The notes under the pieces: generated by a model
What the model was told of the DNA's origin: nothing
Seen by the model: the letters and a program-made list of their open reading frames with translations, nothing else
The model's database searches: none
Translations under genes and position numbers: made by a program
UHGV virus genome: UHGV-1748743
Length of the DNA stretch: 10,714 bases
Direction: 5' to 3' (one strand)
DNA from: a virus
Part shown: positions 9,052 through 10,714 of the stretch, in pieces
Position numbering within the stretch: the first letter of the stretch is position 1
Layout: each line of letters begins with the position of its first letter

Positions 9052-9079
9052 GGCACCAGAAATGGTGCCTTTTTTATTT
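9052..9079 (+). terminator. Rho-independent terminator downstream of J
   Basis: Seen in sequence: a perfect 7-bp stem GGCACCA (9052-9058) / TGGTGCC (9063-9069) with a GAAA loop, followed by TTTTTTATTT (9070-9079), 20 nt after the J stop. Confidence 0.6.
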
Positions 9080-9090
9080 GTGGAGTGAAT

Positions 9091-10714
9091 ATGGCAGTAC
9101 AGATTTCAGGTGTGCTGAAAGACGGTGCAGGAAAACCGATACAGAACTGCACCATTCAGCTCAAAGCAAAACGTAACAGCACCACAGTTGTGGTGAACAC
9201 GGTGGCCTCAGAAAATCCGGATGAAGCCGGACGTTACAGCATGGATGTTGAGCATGGTCAGTACAGCGTCACCCTGCTGGTTGAAGGTTTTCCGCCTTCA
9301 CATGCCGGGACCATTACCGTCTATGAAGGTTCCAGACCAGGTACGCTGAATGATTTTCTCGGTGCCATGACGGAGGATGATGTACGACCGGAGGCACTGC
9401 GCCGCTTTGAGCAGATGGTAGAAGAGGTGTCACGTAACGCCTCCGCGGTTGCACAGAATACGGCAGCCGCGAAAAAATCAGCCAGCGATGCCAGTGCATC
9501 AGCCAGCGAGGCGGCAACTCATGCAACCGATGCTGCAGCCTCATCACGTGCCGCCAGCACGTCAGCCGGACAGGCCGCGTCGTCGGCTCAGTCAGCGTCT
9601 TCCAGCGCAGGAACGGCATCGACAAAGGCCCGTGAAGCAGCAAAAAGTGCTGCTGCTGCAGAGTCATCAAAAAGCGCGGCAGCTACCAGTGCCGCTGCGG
9701 CGAAAACGTCAGAAACGAATGCCGCAGCATCACAAAAATCGGCAGCCACTTCTGCATCCACAGCGACCACGAAGGCGTCAGAAGCTGCCACCTCGGCACG
9801 GGGTGCGGCGGCCTCAAAAGAGGCAGCGAAATCTTCAGAAACGAATGCATCATCAAGTGCCAGTAGTGCAGCTTCCTCGGCAACGGCGGCAGGAAATTCC
9901 GCGAAGGCGGCAAAGACGTCTGAGACAAACGCCAGGTCTTCTGAAACGGCAGCGGGACAGAGCGCCTCAGCTGCGGCAGGTTCAAAAACAGCGGCTGCAT
10001 TATCTGCCAGTGCCGCGTCAACAAGTGCCGGGCAGGCCTCAGCCAGTGCCACCGCCGCCGGAAAATCGGCAGAAAGCGCCGCATCATCCGCTTCAACAGC
10101 CACAACGAAGGCTGGCAAAGCCACTGAGCAAGCCACTGCAGCAGCGAGGTCTGCTTCTGCAGCAAAAACCTCTGAAACAAATGCAAAGACTTCAGCAGAC
10201 AATGCTGCTTCCTCTAAGGCGGCAGCCGCATCGTCAGCCAGTTCAGCGGCGTCATCGGCATCATCTGCGTCTGCTTCAAAAGATGAGGCGACCAGACAGG
10301 CGTCAGCAGCAAAGGGCAGCGCCACGACGGCATCCACGAAGGCGACAGAGGCAGCTGGCAGTGCGACGGCGGCAGCTCAGAGCAAAAGTACGGCGGAATC
10401 CGCGGCAACGCGCGCCGAGACAGCGGCAAAACGGGCAGAGGATATTGCATCCGCCGTGGCGCTTGAGGATGCGAGCACGACGAAAAAGGGGATAGTACAG
10501 CTCAGCAGTGCGACCAACAGCACTTCCGAGTCACTGGCGGCAACGCCAAAAGCGGTTAAGGCGGTAATGGGTGAAACGAACAAGAAAGCGCCCTTAAATA
10601 GTCCTGCACTGACCGGAACGCCAACAACACCAACTGCGCGACAGGGAACGAATAATACCCAAATCGCAAGCACGGCTTATGTTATGGCTGCGATCGCTGC
10701 CCTCGTGGACTCGT
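9091..10714 (+). CDS. stf: Side tail fibre protein, N-terminal 541 codons (3' end lies beyond the window)
   Basis: Seen in sequence: ATG 9091 with GGAG at 9082-9085; the frame is open to the window end (I translated it by hand; it is missing from the track only because it has no stop in the window). The N-terminus MAVQISGVLKDGAGKPIQNCTIQLKAKRNSTTVVVNT... resembles lambda Stf (recalled). A long Ala/Ser/Thr-rich heptad shaft follows, then the motif KKGIVQLSSATNSTSESLAATPKAVKAVM at 10483-10569. Confidence 0.9.
   Translation, partial: MAVQISGVLKDGAGKPIQNCTIQLKAKRNSTTVVVNTVASENPDEAGRYSMDVEHGQYSVTLLVEGFPPSHAGTITVYEGSRPGTLNDFLGAMTEDDVRPEALRRFEQMVEEVSRNASAVAQNTAAAKKSASDASASASEAATHATDAAASSRAASTSAGQAASSAQSASSSAGTASTKAREAAKSAAAAESSKSAAATSAAAAKTSETNAAASQKSAATSASTATTKASEAATSARGAAASKEAAKSSETNASSSASSAASSATAAGNSAKAAKTSETNARSSETAAGQSASAAAGSKTAAALSASAASTSAGQASASATAAGKSAESAASSASTATTKAGKATEQATAAARSASAAKTSETNAKTSADNAASSKAAAASSASSAASSASSASASKDEATRQASAAKGSATTASTKATEAAGSATAAAQSKSTAESAATRAETAAKRAEDIASAVALEDASTTKKGIVQLSSATNSTSESLAATPKAVKAVMGETNKKAPLNSPALTGTPTTPTARQGTNNTQIASTAYVMAAIAALVDS
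9472..10458 (+). repeat. In-frame 21-nt (heptad) periodic repeat region encoding the Ala/Ser-rich fibre shaft within stf
   Basis: Seen in sequence: residues about 128-456 align in about 47 consecutive 7-residue rows with consensus x-[ST]-S-A-x-x-A (Ala nearly invariant at position 7, Ser at position 3). The motif K-[TS]-S-E-T-N-A starts at 9703, 9829, 9913 and 10165, with spacings of 126, 84 and 252 nt, all multiples of 21. Confidence 0.8.

Noticed and set aside
9449-10495. 348-aa Arg/Gln/Pro-rich ORF on the + strand, plus minus-strand ORFs at 9588-10337 (Ala/Asp-rich), 9683-10186 and 10214-10673
   Set aside because: All are alternate-frame or antisense readings of the stf heptad repeat region. 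The GCN/TCN-rich 21-nt periodic DNA is stop-free in several frames. The real frame is the one continuous with the conserved Stf N-terminal domain (ATG 9091 with RBS) and the KKGIVQLSS motif.
1-10714. Possibility of a hidden defence, toxin or other novel cargo system in the window
   Set aside because: Every stretch longer than about 60 nt is accounted for by a recognisable tail structural gene on the + strand. The two intergenic gaps are too short to encode proteins, and I saw no CRISPR repeats, tRNA-like structures or IS terminal inverted repeats. Claiming a novel system here would not be supported.

Overview
The whole window is the tail-morphogenesis module of a lambda-like (lambdoid) siphovirus or prophage, with no novel system evident. 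Nine co-directional (+ strand) coding regions tile it almost without gaps: the 3' end of G, the T frame reached by the G-T programmed -1 frameshift, H (tape measure, 853 aa), M, L, K, I, J (central tail fibre/host specificity, 1160 aa) and the 5' 541 codons of a side tail fibre gene (stf-like). Gene order, overlaps (ATGA, TGATG, the K/I 103-nt overlap) and the lengths of T, H, M, L and K match what I recall of phage lambda; this is from memory and not verified by alignment. I (213 aa versus a recalled 223) and J (1160 versus a recalled 1132) differ in length, and stf follows J directly with no lom-like gene between them, so this is probably a mosaic relative rather than lambda itself. I see no tRNA, rRNA, CRISPR array, IS element, integrase or toxin/defence cargo; the only non-coding stretches are two short intergenic regions (5490-5549 and 9033-9090), each with a stem-loop. 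The points most worth a second look are the distal third of J (lower GC, likely exchanged receptor-binding region), the lom-less J-stf junction with a strong intrinsic terminator, the roughly 47-heptad Ala/Ser shaft of the stf-like protein, and the K/I pair. Many ORFs in the supplied track are antisense or alternate-frame artefacts of these genes.
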